A stretch of DNA of 64,000 nucleotides from an uncultured Bacilli bacterium. Lineage in GTDB: Bacteria; Bacillota_I; Bacilli_A; RF39; UBA660. The position numbers and the translations under genes are program-made. The notes under the pieces are model-generated. The model had not been told where the DNA came from and did not search any database. It saw nothing but the letters and a program-made list of their open reading frames with translations. The stretch covers positions 23,498-87,497 of the forward strand of contig CANQON010000004.1 in NCBI GenBank assembly GCA_947625505.1. The letters run 5' to 3'. Positions 28,520 to 38,059 of this stretch are shown in pieces. Every line of letters begins with the position of its first letter. Within the stretch, counting starts at the first letter, position 1.

Positions 28520-29412
28520 AATAATTCCTCTTTTCTAAATAACTCTATACTATTTTTATATAATATTTTATCTATTTGTTCATTATTAAATTCTTGACTT
28601 AATGCTTGTCTTAAATAACTTGTTATTTCTTCATAAGGTAATAACGCTACCGACTTATATATTGGACTAATAATTTCCATATTATCTGAAGCTATCATAA
28701 CATTATCAATACCTAATACTTTAATTGCATATTTAATATGTTCTATATATTCATCAATATCTTTAGCAAAGTAGTTAACAAGAACTAATCCTAATTTACC
28801 ATTAACTTCCTTTAATAAAGATAGTTCTTCATCATCTAGATTACGGGAGTGATCAAAGATTGTTCGAATATTTGAATGACTGGCATATACTAAAGGATAT
28901 TTTTCTTCTTTAATAAGTTTTAAAATATCCATACACGTACTTTTATTAGCGTGTGATACATCAATATATAAATGTAAGCGCACAGCTTCTTTTATAAATA
29001 ATATTCCTTCATTCGTTAACCCATAAGTATCACGATTACCTGATCCATAACGGTTAGGATTATTCCATACTAGTATTATAGAAGTTAATCCCAATTCTTT
29101 TAAAGATACTAAATCATTAACACTAACATAGTCACATCCTTCAATACTATATTTAAAGTTTATATCTGGCATATATTTATTTAACGTATCTTTAGCAAGT
29201 TTAAACATCTCTATAACCGAGACATTATCTTGATAGTATTTATCTCCTAATTCTTCTTGCATTTCTTCACGTGTCATAAAATATAAATTAGCTGTAACAT
29301 AATTTATATTACCTTTTTTTAATATTTGATAAATACTTTTTAAATCTTCATAGTTGTTATTCGTATAAGATCTATAAGCTATAGATAATAGATCATTATG
29401 CATATCAAACAT
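28516..29412 (-). CDS. membrane dipeptidase (peptidase M19) family protein
   Basis: DMHNDLL, IEGCDYV, LVWNNPNRYGSG, IDVSHAN, YASHSNIR and SRNLDDEEL follow the M19 metal-ligand pattern. Overlaps the serS start. Confidence 0.75.
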   Translation of the reverse strand: MFDMHNDLLSIAYRSYTNNNYEDLKSIYQILKKGNINYVTANLYFMTREEMQEELGDKYYQDNVSVIEMFKLAKDTLNKYMPDINFKYSIEGCDYVSVNDLVSLKELGLTSIILVWNNPNRYGSGNRDTYGLTNEGILFIKEAVRLHLYIDVSHANKSTCMDILKLIKEEKYPLVYASHSNIRTIFDHSRNLDDEELSLLKEVNGKLGLVLVNYFAKDIDEYIEHIKYAIKVLGIDNVMIASDNMEIISPIYKSVALLPYEEITSYLRQALSQEFNNEQIDKILYKNSIELFRKEELL

Positions 29413-29422
29413 ATTATCTCTC

Positions 29423-29595
29423 CTAACAAAAAAGACTATAATTAGGAGCGCAATAGCGCGGTACCATCCTACTATAGTCTTAATTAATATAACGAGTTTC
29501 CCCGGAAATGTTTACATTTCTCTCCAAAGTAGATTCATAAAGTTATTATTATTCATTTCCACCAACCATGAACTCTCTATTAATAATTTCTTTAT
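29423..29595 (-). promoter_or_regulatory. T-box riboswitch leader, serine specifier (UCU)
   Basis: Minus strand shows AGAGAG/GGTTGGTGGAAA stem I elements, specifier loop GAA-UCU-A (codon at 29533-29531), T-box AGTAGGATGGTACCGCG, and the terminator GACTATAGTAGGA..GCGC-TATT-GCGCTCCTAATTATAGTC followed by TTTTTT. Confidence 0.85.
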
Positions 29596-29637
29596 TACTA
29601 TTCTTTATCATCGATTTCTATATGTATTTTAACTTAT

Positions 29638-30369
29638 TTAACCCATATTGTCAATTGTTGGTTTATTTACTTTTTGAATTCCATGTTCTAAAGATACTTC
29701 ATCTCTTAATTCAATAAGCTCTGGTAATTCAAGGCTTAATAAATCAATTCTAGTCTCACCATCAATAGCGTCTTCTATTTCTTTAGCGTATCCTTTTTTT
29801 ATTTCTAAGCGAACGTCGTCTTCTTTATCAGCCATTTCTGAGATAACCATAGGCGCATATTTATCATTTCTTATTACATCATCACTTAAAAATGAATTAA
29901 AGGAATAATCAATACCAATACTATCAATAAATTCTAAAGCTTCTCTTAAGGCAACATTACCTCTTTTTAAGTAATCATTCATAATTAAGAAGATATTCTC
30001 ACGACGTGATAAAGCATTATTACGAGCTTCATATTCATGATAATTATACCAATATTCATCATTTTTACCGAATTTACTATTAACACCTGCTGTAACAATA
30101 CCATAAGCTATTAAGGATATCGAAGGTACACTAATTGATATGACAGGTTCATGTGTTAATACTTGTAATAAAGCTCCTACACCTATAAATCCTGGAATTA
30201 AAGCTTTACTCTTTAAGATTTTTATTAAACGTTCAGATACGATAATACCTTTACGATGACTAAAAGCATAATTATTCCATGCATATTCATTAATTTGTTT
30301 TCTTAAGGATGTTTTTCTTAGTTCATCATTATTATGAAGAATTACTTCTTCAACATTAATTTTTTCCAT
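29638..30369 (-). CDS. hypothetical membrane protein (central 2-TM hairpin)
   Basis: 243-aa ORF. No family recognised. Confidence 0.5.
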   Translation of the reverse strand: MEKINVEEVILHNNDELRKTSLRKQINEYAWNNYAFSHRKGIIVSERLIKILKSKALIPGFIGVGALLQVLTHEPVISISVPSISLIAYGIVTAGVNSKFGKNDEYWYNYHEYEARNNALSRRENIFLIMNDYLKRGNVALREALEFIDSIGIDYSFNSFLSDDVIRNDKYAPMVISEMADKEDDVRLEIKKGYAKEIEDAIDGETRIDLLSLELPELIELRDEVSLEHGIQKVNKPTIDNMG

Positions 30370-30391
30370 AATTCCTCCAAACTGGCATATA

Positions 30392-31048
30392 TTATATCGA
30401 AATTTCTTTAAAAGTCAAATTATCTAAGATATTATTTAAGATATCCTTACTTGTATCATCTTCTAAGTATAAGAGTTTACCTTCAATATCTAATTTAATA
30501 TCATTAATCATATATATTTCTTGTTGTTTAATTTGCCGAAATAAATTCCATGCAACAACATCTTGATGTAACCAAATCTTTTCTTCGCACTTTTGATAAT
30601 CATAATATGGTGTCCTATTAATTCTTTTTTTAATATTCCATAGAATAGCTTTTTCACCATTAACTAAATAACTATATAAGTAAACATAAGTATTACGCAA
30701 ATTCATTAAATCAACGTATTCTTCATTATAATAATCAATCGTATCATAGTATTCTTCATCAGGTTTTAATTTATCTTTTAAGAATATTATTAAATAATTA
30801 AATAAAAGACATATTATTAATACGAATAAAATTGTAAGTAAAAAATTATGAACAAAAAAATAAGTAATTAGGGAAAAGATAATAACACTTACCATTATTA
30901 CTTTTATGTTACTTATTTCTTTTATTAAATCATAAAAGTCTAATCTTTGTGCATAACTTCTTAGATAACTATGTAAGTTTATTCGATTAGTGTGCAAAAG
31001 CATATCAACTAAAGATATTTTCTTTAAAAAGTCTTCTTTTATGTTCAT
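30392..31048 (-). CDS. hypothetical membrane protein (central 2-TM hairpin)
   Basis: 218-aa ORF with the same topology as its downstream neighbour. Confidence 0.5.
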   Translation of the reverse strand: MNIKEDFLKKISLVDMLLHTNRINLHSYLRSYAQRLDFYDLIKEISNIKVIMVSVIIFSLITYFFVHNFLLTILFVLIICLLFNYLIIFLKDKLKPDEEYYDTIDYYNEEYVDLMNLRNTYVYLYSYLVNGEKAILWNIKKRINRTPYYDYQKCEEKIWLHQDVVAWNLFRQIKQQEIYMINDIKLDIEGKLLYLEDDTSKDILNNILDNLTFKEISI

Positions 31049-31087
31049 AACACTACCTCACATAGTTAATTATTATACTTTCTGCAC

Positions 31088-31969
31088 TTAGACTTTGTCA
31101 ATTAATTTTTGATAAGGCTCAATATGAATATTAATATAGGCAATAGCCTCACTGTACTTTCTTATCTTATCTTCAATAATATCAGCTGTTTTATGAGCAT
31201 CCATTAAGGACATATTACCATCCATCGATATCGTAAGTGTTAAACTAGATTTAGGTCCAAACTTCATAATAACTAAAGAAGTAATACCCATTACACCCTT
31301 GGTTTCTTTAATTATTCTTCTTATATGCGCTACATACTTACGATCTGTTTCTTGTTCACCTAAAACAATACTAACATTATCTTTTAAGACAGTATATCCT
31401 ATATGCAAGATAAAAATACCTACAATAATACTAGCTATCATATCGGAATAGATAAATATTTTATTAACACTACTTAGTTGCATAAATAGTGCTGAAGCAA
31501 GAACGATAATGGAAGATATAACATCTGATTTACTTTCATTACCACTAGCTATTAATATTTGATTATGCATCTTTTTACCTTGTCTAATAATATAACGCGA
31601 TAAAAGATATTTTAAGATAATTGTTATAAGACTTACTAAAGCTACTATAATACTAGGTATAACAATATTACGTTTAAATGCTTGATATATAACTTCTACA
31701 CCTACAATCATAATAACGATTCCAATAATTAAGCTAGTTAAATATTCTATTTTGCCATGGCCATAAGGATGTTCTTCATCAGCAGGTTTACGAGCCAAAT
31801 GACTACCTATAATAGCTACTAAATCTGTTACTAAATCACTTAAAGAGTGAATTCCATCAGATATTAAAGCCCCTGATTTAAATATAAATCCTGTTATAAC
31901 TTTAATAGCAGCTAAAAAGATATTGGTAATCACACTAGTAACCATCACGGATGTTACTGTTTTTTTCAT
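31088..31969 (-). CDS. cation diffusion facilitator (CDF) family transporter
   Basis: ISDGIHSLSDLVTD and HPYGHGKIEYL motifs, 6 TM helices and a C-terminal cytoplasmic domain. Confidence 0.85.
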   Translation of the reverse strand: MKKTVTSVMVTSVITNIFLAAIKVITGFIFKSGALISDGIHSLSDLVTDLVAIIGSHLARKPADEEHPYGHGKIEYLTSLIIGIVIMIVGVEVIYQAFKRNIVIPSIIVALVSLITIILKYLLSRYIIRQGKKMHNQILIASGNESKSDVISSIIVLASALFMQLSSVNKIFIYSDMIASIIVGIFILHIGYTVLKDNVSIVLGEQETDRKYVAHIRRIIKETKGVMGITSLVIMKFGPKSSLTLTISMDGNMSLMDAHKTADIIEDKIRKYSEAIAYINIHIEPYQKLIDKV

Positions 31970-31981
31970 TTTATCACCTTT

Positions 31982-34561
31982 TTATTTTGCTTGATACCAA
32001 TCAGTACCATATTCAATATCTACTTTTAATGGAACACTTAATTTATAAGTATTCTCCATTTTTTCTTTTAAAATAGTTTTAACTTCTTCTAGTTCATCTT
32101 CAGGACAGTCTAAAACTAATTCATCATGAACTTGAACAACCATTTTACTTTTTAAATGTCTATTTTTTAATTCATTATATATTTCTATCATAGCTTTCTT
32201 AATAATATCAGCACTTGTTCCTTGAATAGGAGCATTTAAAGCCATACGTTCGGCTCCACTTCTTATCATATAATTCTTATTATTAAGTTCAGGTAAAGTA
32301 CGACGACGATGGAATAATGTACTAACGTATCCATCTTGATGCGCTTTTTTAATACAGTCATCCATATATAATTTAATACCTGGATAAGTATGATAATAGT
32401 TATCAATAAAATTTGATGCTTCTTTAGGTGTTATACCAATATTTTCTGATAAACCATAACTACTAATACCATAAATAATACCAAAGTTAACAGCTTTAGC
32501 ATTTCTACGCATTTCTTTTGTTACTTCATCTAATGAGCATTTATATATATCACTAGCTGTTTTGGCATGAATATCAATATCATGATTAAAAGCATCAATT
32601 AAAGATTCTACATTAGCCATATGCGCAAGTAGTCTTAATTCAATTTGTGAGTAATCACTACTGATAATATACCCTGTATGACTAGGAATGAAGGCTTTAC
32701 GAATTAAACGTCCATATTCATTACGAATAGGTATATTTTGAAGATTAGGTTCAATCGAAGATAGTCTTCCTGTACGAGTTAATGTTTGGGTATATATCGT
32801 ATGAACTTTATGATCAGGATAAACACTATTAATTAATCCTTCAATATAAGTTGAATATAATTTAGTTAACATACGATAATCTAATATTTTATTAATGATA
32901 GGATGTTCATTAACTAATTTTTCTAATACATCTTGAGCTGTAGAGTATCCTGTCTTACCTTTCTTACCATGTTTTAATCCTAGCTTTTCAAATAAGATAT
33001 CTCCTAATTGACTAGGTGATGAAATATTGAACTCTTGTCCTGCTAAAGCATATATTTCATTACTTAATTCATCTGCTTTAGCTTTTATTTCTTCACCCAT
33101 TTCTTTTAGAGTATCAATATTAACAGTGATACCTGTATACTCCATATCACCTAAGACAATACTTAAAGGCATTTCAATGTCTTTAAATAATGCCATCATT
33201 TCTTTATCTTCTAACTTTTTGGTTAATTCTTCTCTAGTATCATAGATAAATTTAGCTTTCATTACACTAGCACGTCTAATATTATCCATATCGATATCAC
33301 CTTTTTTAGGATATAACGTTTCACGAAAAGGAATATCAATATCAAATTGATTAGCTAAATAAGCGATATCATCTTTTAAATTATATTCTAATAAGTAAGC
33401 TGCTACTTCTGTATCAAATGTAACATTATCTATATATATATTATGCCATCTTAAAGCAACTGTTAATTTTTTCGCATCATATGTATATTTATTAGCTTGC
33501 ATTAAGAATAAGGGATTCTCTTTTAATACTTCATAAGGTATAAAAGCACTTATTTTATCGTTATATACACCCATACCAATAATATCAGCTTTATGATAAT
33601 TATCATCAGTTATTTCCAGAAAACAAGCTACATCATCAAGATTATTTAAATCATTAATATCATTAATAATACTATAGGTAACATTTTCATCTTTCTTAAT
33701 CGTTTTCATCTTCTTTAAGAAAGAGAAAAATTCTAAGTCTTCATATAAAGCATTTAACTTATTATAATCAGGTTCTTTAACAATAATATCTTCCATATTA
33801 ATATCCATAGGAACTTCGGTATAGATGGTTGCTATCTCATAACTCATATAAGCATTATCTTTATCATTAACTAATTTATCATGAACAGATCCCTTAATAT
33901 TATCGATATTCTCATAAATACCATCTAATGTCTTATACTCATTTAATAATTTTAGAGCTGTTTTTTCACCAATACCTTTCACGCCTGGAATATTATCACT
34001 AGCATCACCCATTAAAGCTTTAAGATCAATAACATTGATAGGTTCAATTCCATATGCTTCCTTAAAAGTATCGACATTATAACGAATATAATCTTTTTGT
34101 TTTAATAATTTAATATCAACTTGAGGAGATATTAATTGTAACAAATCTTTATCACTACTAATAATAGTACCTACATAATTATCATCTAAATTACATAAGC
34201 GAGCAAAAGTACCAATAATATCATCTGCTTCATAATTATCTATTTCATAATACTTTATACCCATATAGGTTAGCATTTCTTTAGCAATAGGAAATTGTAA
34301 TTTTAATTCATCAGGTGTCTCTATTCTTCCACCTTTATAGAAATCATATTTATCATGCCTAAAAGTTTTACCTTTATCAAAAGCTACAATCATCCTTGTA
34401 GGTTGTTCTTCTTCCATAATCTTATTAATCATATTAGTAAAACCAAATAGAGCATTAGTTGGGAATCCTTTACTATTATTCATAAAATTACCATTATAAG
34501 CTGTCGCATAGTAACTTCTAAATAATAAATTATTACCATCTACTAAAATTATTTTTTCCAT
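31982..34561 (-). CDS. polA: DNA polymerase I
   Basis: 5'-nuclease N-terminus (ILVDGNNLLFRSYY, GIGEKTA), motif A DYSQIELR, motif B RRNAKAVNFGIIYG, motif C QVHDELV. Start taken at MEKIILVDG (34561). Confidence 0.95.
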   Translation of the reverse strand: MEKIILVDGNNLLFRSYYATAYNGNFMNNSKGFPTNALFGFTNMINKIMEEEQPTRMIVAFDKGKTFRHDKYDFYKGGRIETPDELKLQFPIAKEMLTYMGIKYYEIDNYEADDIIGTFARLCNLDDNYVGTIISSDKDLLQLISPQVDIKLLKQKDYIRYNVDTFKEAYGIEPINVIDLKALMGDASDNIPGVKGIGEKTALKLLNEYKTLDGIYENIDNIKGSVHDKLVNDKDNAYMSYEIATIYTEVPMDINMEDIIVKEPDYNKLNALYEDLEFFSFLKKMKTIKKDENVTYSIINDINDLNNLDDVACFLEITDDNYHKADIIGMGVYNDKISAFIPYEVLKENPLFLMQANKYTYDAKKLTVALRWHNIYIDNVTFDTEVAAYLLEYNLKDDIAYLANQFDIDIPFRETLYPKKGDIDMDNIRRASVMKAKFIYDTREELTKKLEDKEMMALFKDIEMPLSIVLGDMEYTGITVNIDTLKEMGEEIKAKADELSNEIYALAGQEFNISSPSQLGDILFEKLGLKHGKKGKTGYSTAQDVLEKLVNEHPIINKILDYRMLTKLYSTYIEGLINSVYPDHKVHTIYTQTLTRTGRLSSIEPNLQNIPIRNEYGRLIRKAFIPSHTGYIISSDYSQIELRLLAHMANVESLIDAFNHDIDIHAKTASDIYKCSLDEVTKEMRRNAKAVNFGIIYGISSYGLSENIGITPKEASNFIDNYYHTYPGIKLYMDDCIKKAHQDGYVSTLFHRRRTLPELNNKNYMIRSGAERMALNAPIQGTSADIIKKAMIEIYNELKNRHLKSKMVVQVHDELVLDCPEDELEEVKTILKEKMENTYKLSVPLKVDIEYGTDWYQAK

Positions 34562-34660
34562 AAAAACACATCCCATCGTACGTATTAATATTATAACATA
34601 ATTTTAAACTACATAAACTAATAAATATATGATATTATAGATATAGTAAGAGGTGATAAC

Positions 34661-35608
34661 ATGGAATTAATTGATCGTATTAAACGTATTTTAATAATTA
34701 TTGTTCCCCTTTGGATCGTTATCATTGCTTTCTTACTAATTCATCAAAGATTATCTATTAATCTTTTTACAAGTAGTAAACATCAAAGTAGTAGTTATTT
34801 AAAGAATTTAACTATTGAAGGTCATCCTATTGATTTTGATCCTAATCAAGATTATTATGAAATATCTGTTACTAATGAAGAAACTAGTCTCGCTATTAAA
34901 GCGGAAACAGAAGATCGTAGTGCGACAGTTAAAATATTTAATAATGATGATTTAACTAATCATAATGCTGTTTATATATATGTAACAAGTAAAGATCATG
35001 ATATTCGTAAATATACTATTAGTTATAATAATAAAACAGCAATGCATTATTTTAATGAAAATATAGATGGATGTAACAATATAGAATCAGATTATTGTAT
35101 TAAATATTTTGATACTAAAGATAAAGCTAAAACTAATTATTTAATGTTTACTTATGATTATTTAGTAGCTGATGGATATCCTCATAATAATATAATTAAT
35201 ATTAACGATGTTGTCTTCTTTAATAAAACTTTAGTTAATGCAGAATTTCGTAATTTTAATATTCTAGATAATAACATTGTCTTTACTTATAATAATAGTA
35301 AAGAAAAGAATAAAATAACTATTATGAGTGTTAATACTGATGGTAAGATAATTATGAATTATCCAATCATTAATAATAAATATAAAAATTTATATACTTA
35401 TTCTTTTCAAATGGAAAAGAATAAAATCAATGTTAAAACTAGATTAGTAACACTTGATAAAGCAAGTATATGTAAACTAAATAATCAGGAATTAGTTGAA
35501 GCTCGTTACACAATCAAATATATGAATAGTAAATTTATTGAGCCTATACTAGATAATAAATTAACGGTATTAGAATATAAAATACTTATGAATATTAAAT
35601 GCGATTAA
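34661..35608 (+). CDS. membrane-anchored hypothetical protein with cadherin-like beta-sandwich segment
   Basis: N-terminal TM helix. LKNLTIEGHPIDFDPNQDYYEISV...LAIKAETEDRSATVKI resembles the cadherin-like beta-sandwich domain. Confidence 0.5.
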   Translation: MELIDRIKRILIIIVPLWIVIIAFLLIHQRLSINLFTSSKHQSSSYLKNLTIEGHPIDFDPNQDYYEISVTNEETSLAIKAETEDRSATVKIFNNDDLTNHNAVYIYVTSKDHDIRKYTISYNNKTAMHYFNENIDGCNNIESDYCIKYFDTKDKAKTNYLMFTYDYLVADGYPHNNIININDVVFFNKTLVNAEFRNFNILDNNIVFTYNNSKEKNKITIMSVNTDGKIIMNYPIINNKYKNLYTYSFQMEKNKINVKTRLVTLDKASICKLNNQELVEARYTIKYMNSKFIEPILDNKLTVLEYKILMNIKCD

Positions 35609-36705
35609 GAATAAATTTTCTTAGTCGCTTTTTGATGCGCTAAATTAATGTTATAAAATTCACTATCTTCTGTTATATCTCCTATTACTTTTAGATCACT
35701 AGGTATCTTTGCTTTAGCGTCACTAGTTTCTAAGATTACAACACCATCATCAAAGATATCTAAACGATAATATTTCTTATCACGAATAAAAGTATAACGT
35801 GTTTTCTTAACTGTACGATGTAAAGGATATTCGGACAATAACTTATCATATTCTTTACTTGTTATTTTACGATCTATTAAAACTTTAGAAGTACCATGTA
35901 AATCATGTTTTTGAACAGTATAATAGTAAGTAATCTCATTACCTAAAGTTCTCTTACGTAATCTTTTTTCATATTCATCACTACCTAAATATGTTTGTTC
36001 TATTTCTACTCCAATAGAATTATCTAATAGTTTTTGACTAATTGTTTGTCCATCAATAAGATATTTCTTTTGATGACGTATTGAAATAGGATTACCTAGT
36101 AAATTATGAATACTTTCAATAACTTTATTTAATTTTTCTTCAAAAGTAACTGAATTATCAATTATTTCTAAGTTACGATGTCCACTCCAAGCATTCATTG
36201 TTTTTTGATCTAACGCTATAGCTTCTTCTCTTGTCTCACTACGAGCTGCATTATTTTCTAAAGTATAAAACGCTTCAGCCCCATCAGCTGCTGTTACTAA
36301 ATGTAAAACTAAATCATAACGATCCATAAGTTCTAAATAGGAATAATGATTTTTTTCTAATAAATAATTAAATTCTTCTTTACTAACATAAGCACTATTA
36401 TCCATTAATCCTCTATCATAAACAATAATACATTTATCATTTGGATTTAATGCTTTAACTATTTCATCATAAATATTTTCTTTACTTAATTGATATTTAA
36501 GAATAATATCTTGAAAATCAATCATAGATAGGGATTTATCACCAAAAGGCCTAGCTCCTCCTTTAATTAACTCTGTCGCACTTTCTCCGACAATTAAAAC
36601 TTTATATCCTAATTCTGAAAAGTATTCTTCAATACGCGCTAAAGCTGTTGTCTTACCCGCACAAGGTCCTCCTGTTAAAACAATCTTTGCTTCAATACTT
36701 GCCAT
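35605..36705 (-). CDS. AAA_28 (NadR-type kinase-like) ATPase fused to a CYTH domain
   Basis: P-loop GGPCAGKTT with an NadR/RNK-like N-terminal half. C-terminal half is CYTH-like (VEIEQTYLG...RLRKR...YYYTVQK...R.TF) but the ExExK position reads IRHQKK. ATG overlaps the phosphatase stop (TAATG). Confidence 0.65.
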   Translation of the reverse strand: MASIEAKIVLTGGPCAGKTTALARIEEYFSELGYKVLIVGESATELIKGGARPFGDKSLSMIDFQDIILKYQLSKENIYDEIVKALNPNDKCIIVYDRGLMDNSAYVSKEEFNYLLEKNHYSYLELMDRYDLVLHLVTAADGAEAFYTLENNAARSETREEAIALDQKTMNAWSGHRNLEIIDNSVTFEEKLNKVIESIHNLLGNPISIRHQKKYLIDGQTISQKLLDNSIGVEIEQTYLGSDEYEKRLRKRTLGNEITYYYTVQKHDLHGTSKVLIDRKITSKEYDKLLSEYPLHRTVKKTRYTFIRDKKYYRLDIFDDGVVILETSDAKAKIPSDLKVIGDITEDSEFYNINLAHQKATKKIYS

Positions 36706-37253
36706 TAATATATCCTCCTTATAACTTTCTCTTTTATATTTGCTTCATGAATAGAAGCATGGGTTACATTAAATTGTTTCTTATCCATATCAACATCTAT
36801 GTCATTTAAAAGGAAATATAACATATTAATTATGCCACGATGAGTAACAATTAATGTATCATCTAGTTCTTGTAACTCATGTAATAGATTACTTATCCTT
36901 TTATATAAATCCATCATAGATTCCCCTTCAGGATATTTATCATATACTCCCATATGATGTCTTTCTGGAAAAATAGTATCAGCTAATTTAATAGGTAATC
37001 CTGTTATCTTTCCTTTGTCTAATTCACGATATCTTTGATCATAATGAACAGGCAAATGTAACTCATCATTAATAATCTCTGTTGTTTGAATAGCCCTATC
37101 AACATCACTACTAATAATTCTTTTAATAGGTAATGTCTTAATAAATGGTATGGCTTGTTTTACTTGTTCTATACCTTCACTTGTTAATCCTCCTTTACTC
37201 CATCCTCCAATATAATTTTCATCATCTAAACCATGTCTTATTAAATATAGCAT
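36705..37253 (-). CDS. histidine phosphatase (phosphoglycerate mutase/SixA/CobC) family protein
   Basis: LYLIRHG catalytic motif and a later IVTHRG. Start at the ATG at 37253, behind a GGAGG RBS. Confidence 0.8.
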   Translation of the reverse strand: MLYLIRHGLDDENYIGGWSKGGLTSEGIEQVKQAIPFIKTLPIKRIISSDVDRAIQTTEIINDELHLPVHYDQRYRELDKGKITGLPIKLADTIFPERHHMGVYDKYPEGESMMDLYKRISNLLHELQELDDTLIVTHRGIINMLYFLLNDIDVDMDKKQFNVTHASIHEANIKEKVIRRIY

Positions 37254-37305
37254 TTTAACCTCCACGTGTAACATTTTACACTTTATAACAATTTATAAAA
37301 ATGTA

Positions 37306-37980
37306 TTAAAATACATTTTTTATTTTTTCAATATCTTTAAAGCAATATACTTTAGCAGGTTTATTACCATCAAAGCGTTCATACATATTTGTTTCTTCAA
37401 TTAATCCTAAACTAAGTATTTTTTTACGGAAATTACGGCGATCAAAACTTCTACCTAAAATACTTTCATAAACTTTTTGAATCTCTGGCATCGTAAATCC
37501 TTTAGGATATAAACTTCTTAAAAAATCTGTCTCACATATTCTCTTTTTTAAAACAATAATAGCTTTATCTAATATCTCATTATGATCATATGCTAAAGAA
37601 GGTATTTTATCTAAAGGATACCAATCAGCATCTGATGTTTTAAGTGTATCCTTTAAGATATTTAATCTCTCTTTATCAACAATACCTATATATCCTATAG
37701 CGATCATACGCATCACAGGTGAACGATCTACTCGACTAAAAACATCAAATAATTCTAAAGGTATATTATTTAATCCTATCTTTTCTTTTATCTCTCTATT
37801 TAATCCACTGATTATATCTTCATCATTATATAAAGCTCCTCCAACTAAAGCCCACATATCCTTATAAGGTTCATTCTTTCTCTTTACTAATAAAACCTTA
37901 GTAACACCTTTATCAATCGTAAAAATAGTACTTATAACATGGATACCTTGATGTTGATATCTAGGGTTATTTACTTCCAT
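37306..37980 (-). CDS. NrtR-like regulator (degenerate Nudix domain plus C-terminal winged HTH), paralog 1
   Basis: Nudix fold with a degenerate box GGALYNDEDIISGLNREIKEKIG. C-terminal FTMPEIQKVYESILGRSFDRRNFRKKILSLGLIEE is typical of the NrtR family. Confidence 0.75.
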   Translation of the reverse strand: MEVNNPRYQHQGIHVISTIFTIDKGVTKVLLVKRKNEPYKDMWALVGGALYNDEDIISGLNREIKEKIGLNNIPLELFDVFSRVDRSPVMRMIAIGYIGIVDKERLNILKDTLKTSDADWYPLDKIPSLAYDHNEILDKAIIVLKKRICETDFLRSLYPKGFTMPEIQKVYESILGRSFDRRNFRKKILSLGLIEETNMYERFDGNKPAKVYCFKDIEKIKNVF

Positions 37981-37996
37981 ATCACTCACCAATTAT

Positions 37997-38026
37997 ATTA
38001 TAAGTGTATTTATTAACACTTGTCAA
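37997..38026 (-). promoter_or_regulatory. promoter of the nrtR-paralog-1 operon with an inverted repeat in the spacer
   Basis: Minus strand reads TTGACA-AGTGTTAATAAATACACT-TATAAT. The spacer holds the AGTGT...ACACT inverted repeat and TGTTAATAA, a 9/11 match to the NAD palindrome. Confidence 0.55.
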
Positions 38027-38059
38027 TAGTTTATAAAAAAAAGTAATAAAAAATTACTT

